Shown here: in pieces, positions 14,619-24,109 of the stretch
How positions within the stretch are numbered: the first letter of the stretch is position 1
Layout: every line of letters begins with the position of its first letter
Virus record (IMG/VR): IMGVR_UViG_3300012942_000076
Location: 1 to 41,384 of that record
Strand: one strand, 5' to 3'
DNA from: a virus
Taxonomy: Duplodnaviria > Caudoviricetes
Length of the DNA stretch: 41,384 nucleotides
Position numbers and translations under genes: made by a program
The notes under the pieces: generated by a model
Seen by the model: only the letters and a program-made list of their open reading frames with translations
Databases searched by the model: none
What the model was told of the DNA's origin: nothing

Positions 14619-16202
14619 ATGGCCGACGCAATCGTCACCCAGACGCCCGACCAGCTTCCGCGCGCGACCGACGCGCCGACCGGGGCGCTGCTGATCGTCC
14701 AGCAGCCGGGCGGCCCGGTGCAGGCGATCGACCTCGGCACGCTGTTCAAGGAGGTGAGCCATGTCGACGCGGTGAGCGCGACGGTGGCGCTGCTGCCGCT
14801 CACCTTCGATGCCGGCGCGATCGCGCTGGTCTATGCCGAGCCGGCTCCCGGCAAGAGCGGCTATTACACCAAAACCGGCGACAACGGCACGGGATCGTGG
14901 GAGTTCAGCAACTTCGTCGAGAGCGCTGCGGCGGCCGATCTCTCGACCTATGTCGACCAGGCGCAGCAGGCGGCGAGCGACGCCGAGGCGGCGAAGACGG
15001 CGATGACCGCCGCATTCAGCTTCACCACGCGTTTCGGCTTTCCCGCGCTCTGCACGGCGGATGGCCGAATCCTGCTCTATGCCGACCCCAAGACGGGCGC
15101 GATAAACTTCCTGCCCGACCCTCAACTGGTCGCGAAACTATCTGCTGATCCCTCCTTCGATTCCAGCCAAGGCAATGCCGGTCGGCTTCTTCTACGCACC
15201 GCCGACGGCCGCGCCATTGCGATCTGGGATGAAGCCGGTCTGTTCGACACGAAGGTGAGCCCCGCGTTCGTGGCGCGGCTTTATGATGCGCTCGACCCAG
15301 CCATATTCGCACCGGAATCAACCGATTTCTCTCGGCTTTATATGTGGGGAGATAGCCGCACCGAGGGCGCTGGCGACGCCGCGCCGAACACCTTTCCGAA
15401 CTACGCGATCACCGCGCTGCCCGGCGTCGCGGTGTTCGGCAAGAACGATCAGAGCCTGGGGAGGAGCGGCCAGACCTCGCTGGAGATCGCGGCGCGGCAA
15501 GGCGGCAGGCCCGCGATCCTCACCGTGACGGGCGACACCATTCCGGCGAGCGGCGCGGTGGCGATCACCAGCTATTCGACCAACATATTCTTCTACGGCT
15601 CCGCCCAATGGAGCACATGGGACTTCTTCAACTCCCAGACCGGCACGCTCGCCGGCGTTCACGGCACCTACGCCACCGATACCAGCGGAAACCAGACCTT
15701 CACCCGCGACGAGGCCGGCGACGCGGTGACGGTGCCGCCCGGCTCCTGCTTCGTGCCGGACATTGCGCTCCAGGCGCGTTCGGGGATGAACTTCCAGTGT
15801 GTCGGCACCAACGACGGCTATACCGATCTCGACGGGATCGTCGCCAATTCGGTGGCATCGCGGCAATATTGCGAGGCCGGCGGCGGCCTGATGATGACCG
15901 CCAGCGTGATCGGCCGCAAGCGCGGCTCGGCCGGAGACACCAACCAGAGCGACATCATCGCACTGAACAACAAACTGCGCACCGCGCACGGCCGCTATTA
16001 TCTCGATTTCCTGACGCCGCCCAGCGCGGCCGAGATGGCGGCCGTGGGCTACACGCCGACCGACGATGACAATGCGGATATCGCCGCCGGTTACTGGCCG
16101 GGCGGCCTCTACGGTGACGGCACGCATTTCATCGGCGCGGGCCAGCATATCCAGGTCAACCGCATGGTCGCCCTCTTCACAACCCTAAAAGCGAGTCACT
16201 GA
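14619..16202 (+). CDS. SGNH/GDSL-hydrolase domain protein, probably virion-associated (527 aa)
   Basis: Blocks WGDSRT, GRSG, GTND and DGTH all present; N-terminus resembles fibre/spike anchors. Confidence 0.75.
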   Translation: MADAIVTQTPDQLPRATDAPTGALLIVQQPGGPVQAIDLGTLFKEVSHVDAVSATVALLPLTFDAGAIALVYAEPAPGKSGYYTKTGDNGTGSWEFSNFVESAAAADLSTYVDQAQQAASDAEAAKTAMTAAFSFTTRFGFPALCTADGRILLYADPKTGAINFLPDPQLVAKLSADPSFDSSQGNAGRLLLRTADGRAIAIWDEAGLFDTKVSPAFVARLYDALDPAIFAPESTDFSRLYMWGDSRTEGAGDAAPNTFPNYAITALPGVAVFGKNDQSLGRSGQTSLEIAARQGGRPAILTVTGDTIPASGAVAITSYSTNIFFYGSAQWSTWDFFNSQTGTLAGVHGTYATDTSGNQTFTRDEAGDAVTVPPGSCFVPDIALQARSGMNFQCVGTNDGYTDLDGIVANSVASRQYCEAGGGLMMTASVIGRKRGSAGDTNQSDIIALNNKLRTAHGRYYLDFLTPPSAAEMAAVGYTPTDDDNADIAAGYWPGGLYGDGTHFIGAGQHIQVNRMVALFTTLKASH

Positions 16203-16203
16203 C

Positions 16204-16965
16204 ATGCCCGAGTTGAACGCGATCGGCTACAACCCGCCCAATCTCACCAATCCGGTCTTCCCGCTCACCGACGACGCGATGACGACCGATCACGAGGCGC
16301 TGTTCCGCTTCTATGATCTGACGAATGGCAATCGCGTGGTCGGCGACACGCTCGACAACGAGCTGGCCGGTTATGCCGCCGCGACCGTGACCGCCGTCGG
16401 CGGTGCCGGCTACATCCCGATCGGCGCGGCCAGCAAAGGCGTGGCGTTCGCGAGCGGCAGCCAGACCATCACCCTGCCGACGAGCTTCGACGTCCTTCAG
16501 GCTCCACAGGATCGCGACGTGGTGATCGCCATTGGCCTGACACTCGGCAGCGATCCGGCCGGAACGCTGGCGCTGGCCGGCAAGATGAGGAACACCGCGA
16601 CCTGTCAGTGGGGAATCCTGCTCAACGGGGGTATTCTCCAGACGCGCTTCGGCAATGGCGGCCAGAACCTCGTCGCCGCGCCGGCGGCCGCGTCCTCCTA
16701 TCTCATCACCTACCATTTCAAGGCGACCGGAGGAGCGCAGCGCAACGTCGACGCCTGGGCCGACGATGCGAAGGTCGTGACCTACAACTACACGCCGGAT
16801 GATTCCGGCGGCTATCCGCCCGTGCTCGGGACCACCGGCTCTGTCGTCTCGTTGGCGGGCATGGTCATTCACGAAGCACAGATCTTCACGCCGCCTTCCG
16901 GCTATGACCCGGCCGCTTGGATCGCGGCGGAGAGGGCGAAGCTGACGGCCGACCTCGCGGGATGA
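16204..16965 (+). CDS. Beta-rich hypothetical protein, possibly LamG/ConA lectin-like (253 aa)
   Basis: Starts 1 bp after the SGNH gene; G/T/A-rich beta-strand pattern. Confidence 0.6.
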   Translation: MPELNAIGYNPPNLTNPVFPLTDDAMTTDHEALFRFYDLTNGNRVVGDTLDNELAGYAAATVTAVGGAGYIPIGAASKGVAFASGSQTITLPTSFDVLQAPQDRDVVIAIGLTLGSDPAGTLALAGKMRNTATCQWGILLNGGILQTRFGNGGQNLVAAPAAASSYLITYHFKATGGAQRNVDAWADDAKVVTYNYTPDDSGGYPPVLGTTGSVVSLAGMVIHEAQIFTPPSGYDPAAWIAAERAKLTADLAG

Positions 16966-17429
16966 AGGCTCTCCTCATCCGACAGGCGGCGACACAGCTG
17001 GCCGGCGCGACCTTCGGCGCGGGGTTGGCCAGCATCGCCGCCGCCGCGACACCGCACGTCACGCCGACCGCGTTCGGCCCGGCGGCCGTTACCCTGTTCG
17101 GCGTGGAAATCCCGATTTTCTCGGCGCTGTTCGGCATCCTCGGGCTGTTGCTGGCGCGGCGGATCGCGCCGGCCTCGAACGCGGGAGCCAAGCTCGGACG
17201 GGTTGGCAACGCGGCGCTGACCGCGCTGCTGGCGCTCGGCGTGCTGGCGCTGATCGTGACGGGCGAGAAGCGGCCGATCGTGGCGCTCGGCTGGGCGGTG
17301 GGGCTCGGCTATTCCGGTCTCGGCTTCGTCGAGTTGGTGGCGCGCGCGGTGGTGACGGGGGCGCGTCTGACGATCGACGCCTGGGTGAGCGCCTGGGCGC
17401 AATCGAAGGGAGGCCCCCATGCCAAGTAA
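16962..17429 (+). CDS. Multi-TM membrane protein, holin-like (155 aa)
   Basis: ATGA overlap; 3-4 hydrophobic segments. Confidence 0.6.
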   Translation: MKALLIRQAATQLAGATFGAGLASIAAAATPHVTPTAFGPAAVTLFGVEIPIFSALFGILGLLLARRIAPASNAGAKLGRVGNAALTALLALGVLALIVTGEKRPIVALGWAVGLGYSGLGFVELVARAVVTGARLTIDAWVSAWAQSKGGPHAK

Positions 17430-17799
17430 TGCGTTCGAGCTGGTCGCCTGCATCGCGATCATCGGCTTCATGCTCTACGCGATCTGGCGGGGGGGCGGCT
17501 CCAATCCGGTCGGCACCGGCGCGCTCCAGCGCCAGCTCAACACGCTCGGCTCCAAAGTGAACGGCGTGGAGGAGAAGATCGGCGGCTGTGCCTTGAAGGC
17601 CGATCTCGAAGGTTTGCGCGGCGAGCTGCGGGAGATGGAGGCGCGGGTCGCCTCCAGCGGGGACATTCTCGGGCTCCAGGGCCAGATTCAGGCGCTCAAC
17701 GCCACCGTCTCGGGCACGCGCGACCTGGTCGAGCGAGCGGAGGCCTCGATCAACCGCATCGAAGGCTATTTCCTTGAGAAAGGGGTGAGAGGGGGATGA
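17419..17799 (+). CDS. TM plus coiled-coil protein (DUF2730-like by position)
   Basis: GGAGG RBS; C-terminal INRIEGYFLEK; precedes the gp26-like gene. Confidence 0.65.
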   Translation: MPSNAFELVACIAIIGFMLYAIWRGGGSNPVGTGALQRQLNTLGSKVNGVEEKIGGCALKADLEGLRGELREMEARVASSGDILGLQGQIQALNATVSGTRDLVERAEASINRIEGYFLEKGVRGG

Positions 17800-18098
17800 G
17801 TTATCTCGACGAAGCCTTCCTGCCGCATCTCCGGCTGACCCTGCTGCGCGTGCTTGCCGTCGCGTCCGGCTATTGCGCCAACAGTTCGGTGCTGCACGAG
17901 GCGGCTGGCCAGCTCGGGCTGCGCGCGACGCGCGATCAGGTGCGCGGCGAGCTCGCCTGGCTGCGCGATCATCGCATGGTGACGCTGACCGAGCCGGCCA
18001 TCGGGCTGCTGGTGGCCACGCTGACCGAGCGCGGCCACGATGTCCAGGCCGGCGTCTCCGTCTATCCGGGCATCCAGCGCCCGACACCGGGCGCGTGA
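17796..18098 (+). CDS. Mu gp26-like winged-helix protein
   Basis: RLTLLRVLA...ANSSVL...TRDQVRGELAWLRD...ATLTERGHDV...PGIQRP. Confidence 0.8.
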   Translation: MSYLDEAFLPHLRLTLLRVLAVASGYCANSSVLHEAAGQLGLRATRDQVRGELAWLRDHRMVTLTEPAIGLLVATLTERGHDVQAGVSVYPGIQRPTPGA

Positions 18099-18099
18099 C

Positions 18100-18663
18100 A
18101 TGCCGGCCCCGCACCGCCGGCGCATGTCCACGGTCGACCGGCTCGATCCCGAGATTCGCGAGCTGATCGGAAAGCTGCGGATCGATAACGGCTGGACGAT
18201 CGACGAGATACTGAAGCGGCTGCGCGAGCTCGGGCAGGGCGAGGTCTCGCGCTCCGCGCTCGGGCGCCACATCAAGTCGATCGAGGAGATCGGGGCGCAG
18301 CTCCGCCAGAGTCGGGAGGTGGCCAACGCGCTGATCGCGCAGGTCGGCGATGCGCCCGAGGACCGCACTGCCGATCTCAACATCGAGCTGATGCACACGA
18401 TGATCCTGCGCCTGGTGACGGCAACCGACGATGAAGGCGACGGGCAGCCGGTGACGTTCGGCCCCGAGGACGTCCAGTTCCTCGCCCGCTCCCTCCAGAG
18501 CCTCGCCGGCGCGCGGAAGACCAATGCCGACATGGTGATGAAGGTGCGGGAAAAAGCGGCCAGGGATGCCGCCGATCGTGCCGAAACGGCGGCCAAGGCG
18601 AAAGGGCTCACGGCCGAGACCGTGAAGTTCATCACCAATGCCGTGCTGGGTGCCGAGGCGTGA
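18100..18663 (+). CDS. Mu gp27-like (DUF3486) terminase small subunit
   Basis: STVDRLDPEIR...VSRSALGRH; C-terminal GLTAETV; precedes the large terminase. Confidence 0.85.
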   Translation: MPAPHRRRMSTVDRLDPEIRELIGKLRIDNGWTIDEILKRLRELGQGEVSRSALGRHIKSIEEIGAQLRQSREVANALIAQVGDAPEDRTADLNIELMHTMILRLVTATDDEGDGQPVTFGPEDVQFLARSLQSLAGARKTNADMVMKVREKAARDAADRAETAAKAKGLTAETVKFITNAVLGAEA

Positions 18664-20156
18664 GCGTGCTCGACCGCGACTATCGCGGCGCTACGGCCGA
18701 GCGCGAAGCGGCGCTTGCCTCGTTCGAGCGGCTGCCGCGCGGCGATCTGTTGCTCGGCTATCAGCAACGGACGCTGACGCTGCTCATGTCCGGTGTCTCG
18801 CTGCTCGTCATCGAGAAGAGCCGACGGATCGGCCTCACCTGGGCGATGGCCGCCTATTTCGTGCTCACGGCGGCGGCGCAGCGCTCGGCCGGCGGCGATA
18901 ATTGCTGGTATATGGGCTATGACATGGAGATGGCGCGCGAGTTCATCGACGCCTGCGCCATGTGGGCTCGCGCGTTCGGGATCGCCGCCGAGGACGCCGA
19001 CGAGGAGGTGCTCGAAGGCGACGGCGAGAAGGTCCAGGCATTCCGCATCCGCTTTTCCTCCGGTTTCAAGATCGTGGCGCTGCCGTCGGTGCCGCGCGCC
19101 TTGCGCGGCAAGCAGGGCAAGGTCGGCATCGACGAAGCGGCGTTCCACAAGAATATCGGCGAGACGCTGAAATCGGCGCTGGCGCTGCTGATGTGGGGCG
19201 GCCAGGTGATTGTCTGGTCCACGCACGACGGCGTTGCCAATCCCTTCAATGTCCTGCTCGACGAGATCAAGTCAGGGGAGCGCAAGGGCGCGCATCGCCG
19301 CATCGACTTCGACGATGCGATCGCCGACGGTCTCTACGAGCGCGTCGCGCTCGCCGCCCATGTGAAGGGCCGCGCGATCCTGCCGAAGCAGGAATGGATC
19401 GACGATATCTTCGCGACTTATGGCGAGGACGCGGACGAGGAGCTCCGCTGCATCCCGAAGGCGGGCGCGGGCTCGCTGATCAAGCCCGAGGATCTGGCGG
19501 CGGCCGAGCATCCCGACGCCGGGAGGCCCGAGCTCTACCAGGGCGGCCTCTGCTACGGCGGCCGCGACGTAGCGCGGCGTCGCGATGGAGCGATCCAGTG
19601 GAACTTCGAGCTGGTCGGCGACGTGCTCTGGCTGCGCGACCGCTACGAGGAGGTGAACGTCACCTTCGCGCACCAGGACGCGTTCATGGACGAGACCTTC
19701 GCTACGCGCCGCCAGGCGGCCTGGTGGATCGACCAGACGGGCATGGGCGAGAAGGTTGTGGAGGACGCCCAGCTCCGCTGGGGAAGCCGCGTCGTCGGCC
19801 AGCTTCTGACCGGGCCTACCCGGCTCGATCTGGCGATATCGCTGGTGACGCGCTTCGAGCGGGGGCTGATCCGCATTCCGCCCGATCCGATCATTCGGGC
19901 CGACCTGCGCGCGATCAAACGCATGGCTTCCGTCGGCGGCGGCGTCCGCATCGTCAATGACGGCGAGGTCCACGCCGACCGCTTCTGGGCGGCCGCGCTG
20001 GCGAGCCGCGCGGCCGATCTGCCACCGGCGCTCTACCAATATCGTTCGGTCGGCCGCTTCGCTGACCAGATGTCGGTCGGCGGCGGCTGGAGCCGGCCCC
20101 GCAATGACGACAATCGCGGCGACGGCGGGTTTTTCGGGAGGGCGGGAACGTGGTGA
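18660..20156 (+). CDS. Terminase large subunit (Mu gp28-like)
   Basis: IEKSRRIGLTW, IDEAAFH, IDQTGMG, HADRFWA. Confidence 0.93.
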   Translation: MSVLDRDYRGATAEREAALASFERLPRGDLLLGYQQRTLTLLMSGVSLLVIEKSRRIGLTWAMAAYFVLTAAAQRSAGGDNCWYMGYDMEMAREFIDACAMWARAFGIAAEDADEEVLEGDGEKVQAFRIRFSSGFKIVALPSVPRALRGKQGKVGIDEAAFHKNIGETLKSALALLMWGGQVIVWSTHDGVANPFNVLLDEIKSGERKGAHRRIDFDDAIADGLYERVALAAHVKGRAILPKQEWIDDIFATYGEDADEELRCIPKAGAGSLIKPEDLAAAEHPDAGRPELYQGGLCYGGRDVARRRDGAIQWNFELVGDVLWLRDRYEEVNVTFAHQDAFMDETFATRRQAAWWIDQTGMGEKVVEDAQLRWGSRVVGQLLTGPTRLDLAISLVTRFERGLIRIPPDPIIRADLRAIKRMASVGGGVRIVNDGEVHADRFWAAALASRAADLPPALYQYRSVGRFADQMSVGGGWSRPRNDDNRGDGGFFGRAGTW

Positions 20157-21805
20157 GCAATCTGCCTGCGGTCAGGCCGGAGACACCGCCGCCGCTGGTG
20201 TGGGCGGACGGCCGGCCAATCGATTTCTCCCAGCTCCAGCGCGACGTCGCCGGGCCGCGCCTCATGTCGATGCGCTCGATCAATGCGGGGCATCCCAGCA
20301 TCGGGCTCACACCCGGTCGGCTGGCGCAATTGCTGATCGAGGCCGAGCAGGGCGACATGATCGCCTTCCTCGAACTCGCCGAGGAGATCGAGGAGAAAGA
20401 GTGGCAATACGGCTCGGTCCTCGGCACCCGCAAGCGCGCCGTCTCGCAGCTCCCGATCGAGGTGGAGGCGGCGAGCGATTCCCCCGACGACAAGGCGGAC
20501 GCCGAGTTCATCCGCGCTTGGCTCAAGCGCGACACGCTGGAAATGGAGCTGTTCGACATCCTTGACGGCGTCGGCAAGGGCTTCAGCGTTACCGAGATTA
20601 TCTGGTCCCGCACCGCGACGACATGGCTGCCCGAACGGCTTGAATGGCGCGACCCGCGCTGGTTCCGCTTCGATCCGATTGACGGCCGTACGCTCCAGCT
20701 TTGGGGTGAGGACGGCCCCGAGCCGCTGTCCGCGTTCAAATATATCCAGCATGTCCATCCCGCGAAATCGGGTCTGCCGATCCGGGGCGGCCTCGCTCGG
20801 CCGGCGGCGTGGGCGTGGATGTTCAAGAACTTCTCGCTGAAGGAATGGATCGCCTTCCTCGAAGTGTTCGGCATGCCGCTGCGCGTCGGCCGCTACGACA
20901 ATGGCGAGAGCGAGGATAATATCCGCCGTCTGATGACCGCGATCCGGCAGATCGGCTCCGACGCCTCGGCGGTGTTCCCGAAATCGATGGATGTCGAGTT
21001 CATCGACGGCAAGCAGCGCGGGGCCGGCGGCGACGCGGGCGCGCTGTTCAAGAGCCTGGCCGAATATATCGATCAGCAGATCTCGAAGCTGGTGCTGGGC
21101 CAGACCGCGACAACCGACGCGATCGCCGGCGGCCATGCGGTCGGCAAGATCCACAACGACGTGCGCGAGGACATCGAGCGCGCCGACGCCAAGCTGCTCG
21201 CCGCGACGCTCAATCGCGATCTCGTGCGGCCGATGATCATGCTCAACCGGGGCCAGCGCGCGGCCTATCCGCGCCTCAAGATCGGCCGCCCCGATCCGGT
21301 CGACGTGAAGGCGCTCTCCCAGGCTGCGCAGATCCTCGTGCCGCTCGGCCTTCAGGTTTCCGAGCCGGCGATGCGCAAATTGACCGGCCTGCCCGACCCG
21401 AAACCGGATGAGCCTGTGCTTCGGCCGGCAACGCCACAGGCGGCCGCAGGGCCGCGTCCGCCGGCTCCCGGCCCCGACGATGCCGAAACGGCGGCGAGCG
21501 CCTTCTTAGGGCCTCTTAAATCGCGTCTGGAGGCCCTTCGAGCGGCGAGCGCGGCGGCCGCCCTGACCGCGCCGGACGCGATCGACGAAACCGCCGACGA
21601 GGCGCTCGACGGATGGCTGCGCCAGATGGAGCCGGTGGTCGCGCCGATCGACGCGATGCTCGGGCAGGCGGCGAGCCTCGCCGAGGCCAAGAACCGGCTG
21701 ATCGCAACGATCGGCGCGATGGACGTTGATGCGCTGGCCGAGCTGCTCGCCCGCGCCACGTTCGGTGCGCGGATCGCGGGGCTCGTGACGCCGGCGGAGG
21801 GCTGA
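20150..21805 (+). CDS. Portal protein (Mu gp29, DUF935)
   Basis: FLEVFGMPLRVGRY; ISKLVLGQTAT; HNDVREDIERADAK. Confidence 0.93.
   Translation: MVSNLPAVRPETPPPLVWADGRPIDFSQLQRDVAGPRLMSMRSINAGHPSIGLTPGRLAQLLIEAEQGDMIAFLELAEEIEEKEWQYGSVLGTRKRAVSQLPIEVEAASDSPDDKADAEFIRAWLKRDTLEMELFDILDGVGKGFSVTEIIWSRTATTWLPERLEWRDPRWFRFDPIDGRTLQLWGEDGPEPLSAFKYIQHVHPAKSGLPIRGGLARPAAWAWMFKNFSLKEWIAFLEVFGMPLRVGRYDNGESEDNIRRLMTAIRQIGSDASAVFPKSMDVEFIDGKQRGAGGDAGALFKSLAEYIDQQISKLVLGQTATTDAIAGGHAVGKIHNDVREDIERADAKLLAATLNRDLVRPMIMLNRGQRAAYPRLKIGRPDPVDVKALSQAAQILVPLGLQVSEPAMRKLTGLPDPKPDEPVLRPATPQAAAGPRPPAPGPDDAETAASAFLGPLKSRLEALRAASAAAALTAPDAIDETADEALDGWLRQMEPVVAPIDAMLGQAASLAEAKNRLIATIGAMDVDALAELLARATFGARIAGLVTPAEG
21505..21547. 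repeat. Phased tract 3, inside the portal gene near the genome midpoint
   Basis: CTTAGGGCCT CTTAAATCGCG TCTGGAGGCCC TTCGAGCGGCG; rare codons TTA, CTT, AAA, CGA. Confidence 0.55.
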
Positions 21806-21808
21806 ATC

Positions 21809-22285
21809 GTGGCGTTCGGCGATTCCTTCACCTTCTCGCGCCCGACCGCCGCGCCCTATGTCGACGCCGCCGGCGTAACGCGGACCGCCGCCGTCGACCA
21901 GCCGCGCTTCGATCACAGTGGGCGCGGACGGCCGATCGGCCTGCTCGTCGAAGGCGGAGACAATCTCGGCCAGGGCGACCGAACCCGCGTCATCGCCGGC
22001 GACTGGTCGACGCTCGCGCAAGCGACGATCCTGCATGAATGGAGTCCCGTCGCCGGGACGATTCTCGCCGAAGCACATTATGCCGCCGATCCGGCGGCGA
22101 TGATCGACGGCTGCCTCGGCGCGAGCGGCCACCATCGCCGCATCGCGGTGATCGCGGGCTTTTTGCAGAACTACGGCGGCTGGGTTTGGGCACTGGGCCA
22201 GCGCTGGGATCTGCCGCGCCCAATCGCGTCCAGAGGCGCGGCGGTGATCGGCACCGGCGGCGGCAAGCTGCTGATCGGCTCCTGA
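21809..22285 (+). CDS. Head-spike/fibre-base-like structural protein (158 aa)
   Basis: FTFSRPTAAPYVDAAGVTRTAAVDQPRFDH...GLLVEG, a motif seen at the N-terminus of phage spike/fibre proteins. Confidence 0.6.
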   Translation: MAFGDSFTFSRPTAAPYVDAAGVTRTAAVDQPRFDHSGRGRPIGLLVEGGDNLGQGDRTRVIAGDWSTLAQATILHEWSPVAGTILAEAHYAADPAAMIDGCLGASGHHRRIAVIAGFLQNYGGWVWALGQRWDLPRPIASRGAAVIGTGGGKLLIGS

Positions 22286-23832
22286 TGGCCGGCCCGCCCA
22301 TCCCGCTGCTGCCGCCGGCCGAGGCAATCGACTTCTTCCGGGCCAAAGGCTTCAAGGTGGGCTTCGCCTGGCAGGACGTATGGCAGGAAGAGCATGCCCG
22401 CGCCTTCACCGTCGCCAAGGCGATGAGCCGCGACGTGCTGGAGACGATCCGCGAGGCGGTCGACGAGGCGCTGGCGAAAGGCGAGACGCTGGAAACCTTC
22501 CGCGCCAAGCTGACGCCGCTGCTCCAGGCCAAGGGCTGGTGGGGCCGCAAACGGATGATCGATCCGGCGACCGGCCTCGCGCGCACCGTCCAGCTCGGCA
22601 GCCCGCGTCGGCTCAAGATCATCTACGATATGAACATGCGCATGGCGCGGGCCGCCGGCCGTTGGGAGAAGATCCAGCGCACCAAGGATGCGCTCCCTTA
22701 TCTTCGCTACACCGCCGTGATGGACGAGCGGACCCGACCCCAGCATGCGGAATGGCACGGCACGATCCTGCCGGTCGACGATCCCTGGTGGGACACGCAT
22801 TATCCGCCCTGCGGCTGGAATTGCCGCTGCACAGTGATCCAGCTCGACGCCGGCACGATCGCCGACAACGGCTGGGAGGTGAGCGATGCGCCGCCGCCCG
22901 ACGGTCCGCCGGATGATTATGTCAATCCGCGCACCGGCGAGACGATCAAGGTGCCAGCGGGAATCGATCCCGGCTTCGCCTACAATGTCGGAAAGAGCGC
23001 GCTCGGAGGTCTGGAGCCGCCGCCGCTACCCGCTCCCGATCTGCCGATGCTGGCGGGCGTCGCGCCGGGCGCTCCTCCACCGGGCGCGCCATCGCCGCCG
23101 AGCCTCTTGCCTGCCAATGTGAGCGAAGCGGAGGCCGTCGACGCCTTCCTGGCGGGAGCTCTGGAACCAGGAGAGCCCGTTGCCCAACTCACCGGCGAGG
23201 AGATCGCGCCCAAGAGCGCGTCGATCGCGGAGCTGCGGCGGGCGACTCGGAAATGGTTCAATGATTTTCGGGATTCGGGCGAGACGATCATCAATCCTGC
23301 GCTCGGCGATGTGCGGATCAGTCGTCGGGGCGTTAGAGAGGCGATCGCGCAAAGTCCCGAAGCCAGGGGAGGCGAGGAAAAGCTTCGCGCCACGCCAGCC
23401 GTTCCCGACGTCATCCGGCGCGGCCGGGTTCGGTTTGAAGCCAATACCGATCTCGCCGATAAACCGGATGTTCTGGGCTATGCGCGCGTGTCCGCGCCGG
23501 TGAAGATCGGTGAGGATGTGCGGACCGTCGAAGCGCTCCTCGAACAGCGCGCCGATGGCCACTGGTATTATAATCACCGTCTGTTGGAGGCCCGGGGCGG
23601 CCGTCCGTATCAATCCGCGGGCGTTTCCGGCGAAGCGGGCCAAGATTTCCCCGCCGGGCTCTCCACATCGGTTTCGGGCGGCCGCCCTGGTGGCGAGGAT
23701 ATAGCATCTTTCCCAGTCAAATCATCACCGACGCCAGCGGCTGGCCGCTGGCGATCGGCGCGGGATGGTTTCGCGACGCGGCCGGCGCGCTGCGCGTGCC
23801 TGTCGGCGATCGGCGGCGGGTGCTTGGCCTAG
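22285..23832 (+). CDS. MuF (gp30) head morphogenesis protein with C-terminal LPD3-like extension (515 aa)
   Basis: EEHARAFTVAK, RRLKIIYDMN, HYPPCGWNCRC and GIDPGFAYNVG; then PVAQLTGEEI...DVRISRRGVRE...DGHWYYNH. Confidence 0.85.
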   Translation: MAGPPIPLLPPAEAIDFFRAKGFKVGFAWQDVWQEEHARAFTVAKAMSRDVLETIREAVDEALAKGETLETFRAKLTPLLQAKGWWGRKRMIDPATGLARTVQLGSPRRLKIIYDMNMRMARAAGRWEKIQRTKDALPYLRYTAVMDERTRPQHAEWHGTILPVDDPWWDTHYPPCGWNCRCTVIQLDAGTIADNGWEVSDAPPPDGPPDDYVNPRTGETIKVPAGIDPGFAYNVGKSALGGLEPPPLPAPDLPMLAGVAPGAPPPGAPSPPSLLPANVSEAEAVDAFLAGALEPGEPVAQLTGEEIAPKSASIAELRRATRKWFNDFRDSGETIINPALGDVRISRRGVREAIAQSPEARGGEEKLRATPAVPDVIRRGRVRFEANTDLADKPDVLGYARVSAPVKIGEDVRTVEALLEQRADGHWYYNHRLLEARGGRPYQSAGVSGEAGQDFPAGLSTSVSGGRPGGEDIASFPVKSSPTPAAGRWRSARDGFATRPARCACLSAIGGGCLA

Positions 23833-24053
23833 TCGGCCGCGCGATCGCTCACCCGCGCGAGATCCGCTGGCGTTGGGTGACGGGCGCGGATGGCCAGCCG
23901 ATGCTGTTCCGCCGCTACATCGCCACGATCGACGGCCTCGCGATCGTGGTCGACGTCGGCAAGACCGGCTGGCGCTTCGCGACCGCGCGCGACCCCGGCT
24001 TCGATCTCGCCAGGCTCGCCACGGGGGCGCTGGCCTGGTCGGCTTCCCAATAA
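23718..24053 (+). pseudogene. Out-of-frame remnant of a PBECR2-like MuF C-terminal domain
   Basis: -1 frame reads QIITDASGWPLAIGAGWFRDAAG...AIAHPREIRWRWVTGADGQPMLFRRYIA; frame open 23574-24053; no clear RBS or ATG at its start. Confidence 0.55.
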
Positions 24054-24109
24054 ACGCTCTCCCGCGCTATGCGTATCGCACAGCGATTCCATTCCGCCTG
24101 CCGCCATGC

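Noticed and set aside
21147-21155. DnaA-box-like AGATCCACA
   Set aside because: Single imperfect match inside the portal coding sequence; expected by chance.
23696-23722. Antisense promoter-like TTGACT...GCTATAT at the end of the MuF insert
   Set aside because: Spacing between the -35-like and -10-like elements (about 11 bp) is too short for a standard sigma70 promoter.
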